Assembly: GCA_001662655.1 (NCBI GenBank)
Contig: KV460223.1
Strand: one strand, 5' to 3'
Source: Pseudogymnoascus verrucosus
Lineage: Eukaryota
DNA length: 64,000 bases
This document shows, in pieces, positions 62,009-64,000 of the stretch; the first letter of the stretch is position 1, and each line of letters opens with the position of its first letter. Position numbers and translations under genes: made by a program. A model generated the notes under the pieces. It worked only from the letters and a program-made list of their open reading frames with translations, was not told where the DNA came from and did no database searches.

Positions 62009-62399
62009 TTAGCCGTAGTGGCAGTGGCAGTCACAGTAACAGTGGTTGTATGCGTCACAGAGACACTGGCGGGGTTAGCTATGCTTCGTTGGATCATTGT
62101 GGGAGGGGGTGGGGGACGAACCTTTGATGCAGCGCAGTTGAGGAAGGCGCTGCCGCCAGCGCAGTAATGGGGGCAGGCTGGGAGAGGGGTTAGATTGGTG
62201 GTGTTTGTGGTAGTGGGGACTACCTGGGGAGAAGGAGGTAAGTCTTACGGACGCATTCGCGTTTGCCCTGTAGAGTGTCAGTTAGAATGATTAGAGATTA
62301 GGGGACGGGACCACGAACAAGAACCTGCGAGCTCTCCACCTCAGTGGGTGCCGCGAGGGCAGTAGCTGTTACGAGTGCGAGGACGTAGAAGAGCTTCAT
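62009..62399 (-). CDS. Small secreted cysteine-rich prepropeptide (70 aa; 40-aa mature peptide with 10 Cys), 4 exons
   Basis: Exons 62399-62319, 62267-62249, 62177-62122 and 62065-62009 give MKLFYVLALVTATALAAPTEVESSQVLGKR-ECVPCPHYCAGGSAFLNCAASKCLCDAYNHCYCDCHCHYG*. The three introns (51, 71 and 56 bp) are GT-AG with CTAAC-type branch sites. Confidence 0.85.
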
Positions 62400-62493
62400 G
62401 GTGTCGATATCTGTGTGTAAGTCTGTATAGTGATTCTCAGTGTTATCTCTCTTTCTCTCTCTCATACCAGTGCCTTCGGCGGTAGAGGCATCC

Positions 62494-62500
62494 TTTTATA
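62494..62500 (-). promoter_or_regulatory. TATA box of the cysteine-rich peptide gene
   Basis: TATAAAA on the minus strand about 95 bp upstream of the ATG. Confidence 0.55.
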
Positions 62501-63429
62501 CACCATCACCTCCACCAAGATCAGGAGAATCCAAGCTACGTAAGCGGCAGATCTTCTCCCCGCATTACGGGATGAGATAGAGGAAACACAGGCCATTATC
62601 GGGCCTTTGACGGAGTGTGGGTGGGAGGCGCTGGGGGGTGACGAGGATAAATGGAAGAAGCTAGATATAGAGCTTGCCTGTGAGGGGTAGTGAAATGCGG
62701 GGGGGGTGGTTCGATGTGAACCCCCAGGGACTATCCAGAGAGCATAAGGAGTTGGAGTCGTCAGTCGGACTATGAGGCAGGCTGGTAGCTGGATGCCATG
62801 ATTCGTGGGGCTTTTTTAGGTGCATAGAAGGACCGGTGATAAGACCGAGCGGCGAGTTCGAGACGGGATTGCCATGCAGTGATAGAAGCTCTGCGCACTA
62901 TAACATATCAATGGGCCGAGTACTAAGGGTTGAGGGGAGTTTCTGCGTCGTATTCAAGAGGGCCAATGGCAGGAGGAGACGTTCCGCGGAGCTCTTGATA
63001 TCAAACTATTAGACTGGAGGTGCATCATAAGAGCAAGCTTAGGGAGTCAATCTCCAAGAGTTCACAATGCCACTACCTTTGTCAAACAATGATCCTCCAT
63101 ATCTCCATATTCTCCCAATCAGATCCGCCGGCTTGCTAGCTAGCTAAACTACCCATACGAATTCGCGCTTAAGCGTATATAAAAGCTCCCCTCCATCCAA
63201 GCTCCCTGAGAGGTTATCGAGAATTTCATTCCGGTTACAGTGATATTATTTGGCCCTCCCTGTGTTTTAACGCCGTAGAAACTAATGGGTACCGACATGA
63301 GAAAATCGTGAGGACACCTTATTGAAGTTTTATAGTTAATAATTTAGGACCAAAATCGGCCACGGCGACATGAATGCCCACTGTCTTCATCACAACCAAC
63401 AGTTCTCATTCCAACTTCTAAGTTGTAGA

Positions 63430-63913
63430 TATAGAAAGAACGATTACCAAGCAACCTCAGTCGTAGCTTCCCTGGATGTTTGAATCCTTATATATGGAAG
63501 GAACGATTACCAAGCAACCACAGTCGTAGCTTCCCTGGAACTTTGAATCCCTATATATGGAAAGAACGATTACAAAGTAACCAGTCGCAGCTTCCCTAGA
63601 GCTTTCAGCCTCATATATGGAAGGGACGGTTGCTGAGCAGACAGTCGCAGCTTCCCTGTAGCTTTCGGGTTTTATATATGGAAAGAACGATTACCAAGCA
63701 AGCTGTCGCACCTTCCTCAGAACTTTCAAACCATATGTACGGAAAGAACGACTACCAAGCAAAGGCTCAATCGTAGCTTCCTTGGGGATTTTCAGCCCTA
63801 TATATGGAAAGAACGATTACAAAGCAAGCGATCGCAGCTTCCTTAGCGCTTTGAAATCTCATAGATGGAAAGAACCATTGCCAAGCAATGCACCCGTCGC
63901 AGCTTCCTTGGAG
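63430..63913. repeat. Diverged tandem array of 8 units, 60-65 bp each
   Basis: Consensus is approximately TATATATGGAAAGAACGATTACCAAGCAA..AGTCGYAGCTTCCCTRGARCTTT. Measured periods are 63, 63, 60, 61, 61, 65 and 61 bp. Confidence 0.9.
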
Positions 63914-64000
63914 CATAGCTTCCAATTCAGTAGATTCACAAACCCATCACTTTTGGTGATATGATGCTTAGAACACAAAAGACCTCTCGACCAAGCCACA

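Noticed and set aside
63430..63913. CRISPR-like periodic array
   Set aside because: Whole units are mutually similar with no unique spacers, there are no cas genes, and the context is eukaryotic.

Overview
A filamentous ascomycete (Pezizomycotina) genomic window, judged from GT-AG introns with CTAAC/CTGAC branch sites and RIP-mutated transposons; a Leotiomycete origin is only my guess. The left flank holds a RIP-degraded hAT transposon end, an orphan coiled-coil gene, an FHA+forkhead factor (FHL1) and a 4-exon C2HC zinc-finger gene. The centre (about 17.0-47.9 kb) is a gene cluster with no PKS, NRPS or terpene backbone enzyme, so it looks catabolic or detoxifying. It contains an alpha/beta hydrolase, 3 SDRs (one with a TAG at its catalytic Tyr), 2 P450s, an FAD monooxygenase, an NmrA/isoflavone-reductase-like enzyme, a homogentisate-dioxygenase-like enzyme, a C2H2 transcription factor, an MFS transporter, a metallo-beta-lactamase-fold lactonase, a carboxymuconolactone-decarboxylase-like gene, a beta-hydroxyacid dehydrogenase and an aldehyde-dehydrogenase remnant. 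Every promoter region in the cluster carries TGCGGGG/CCCCGCA. A complete RIP-killed hAT element (8-bp TSD) sits inside the cluster, and an intact Ginger-like integrase DNA transposon (TGT...ACA TIRs, TATA TSD) sits at its right edge. The right flank has conserved genes: a calponin-homology protein, NDUFAF2-like, SNF1, a conserved hypothetical gene and ARP1. After them come a 4-exon, 70-aa secreted prepropeptide with a 10-Cys mature peptide that the ORF track misses, and an 8-unit array of about 62-bp repeats. All calls come from manual reading and motif recognition; no searches were run.
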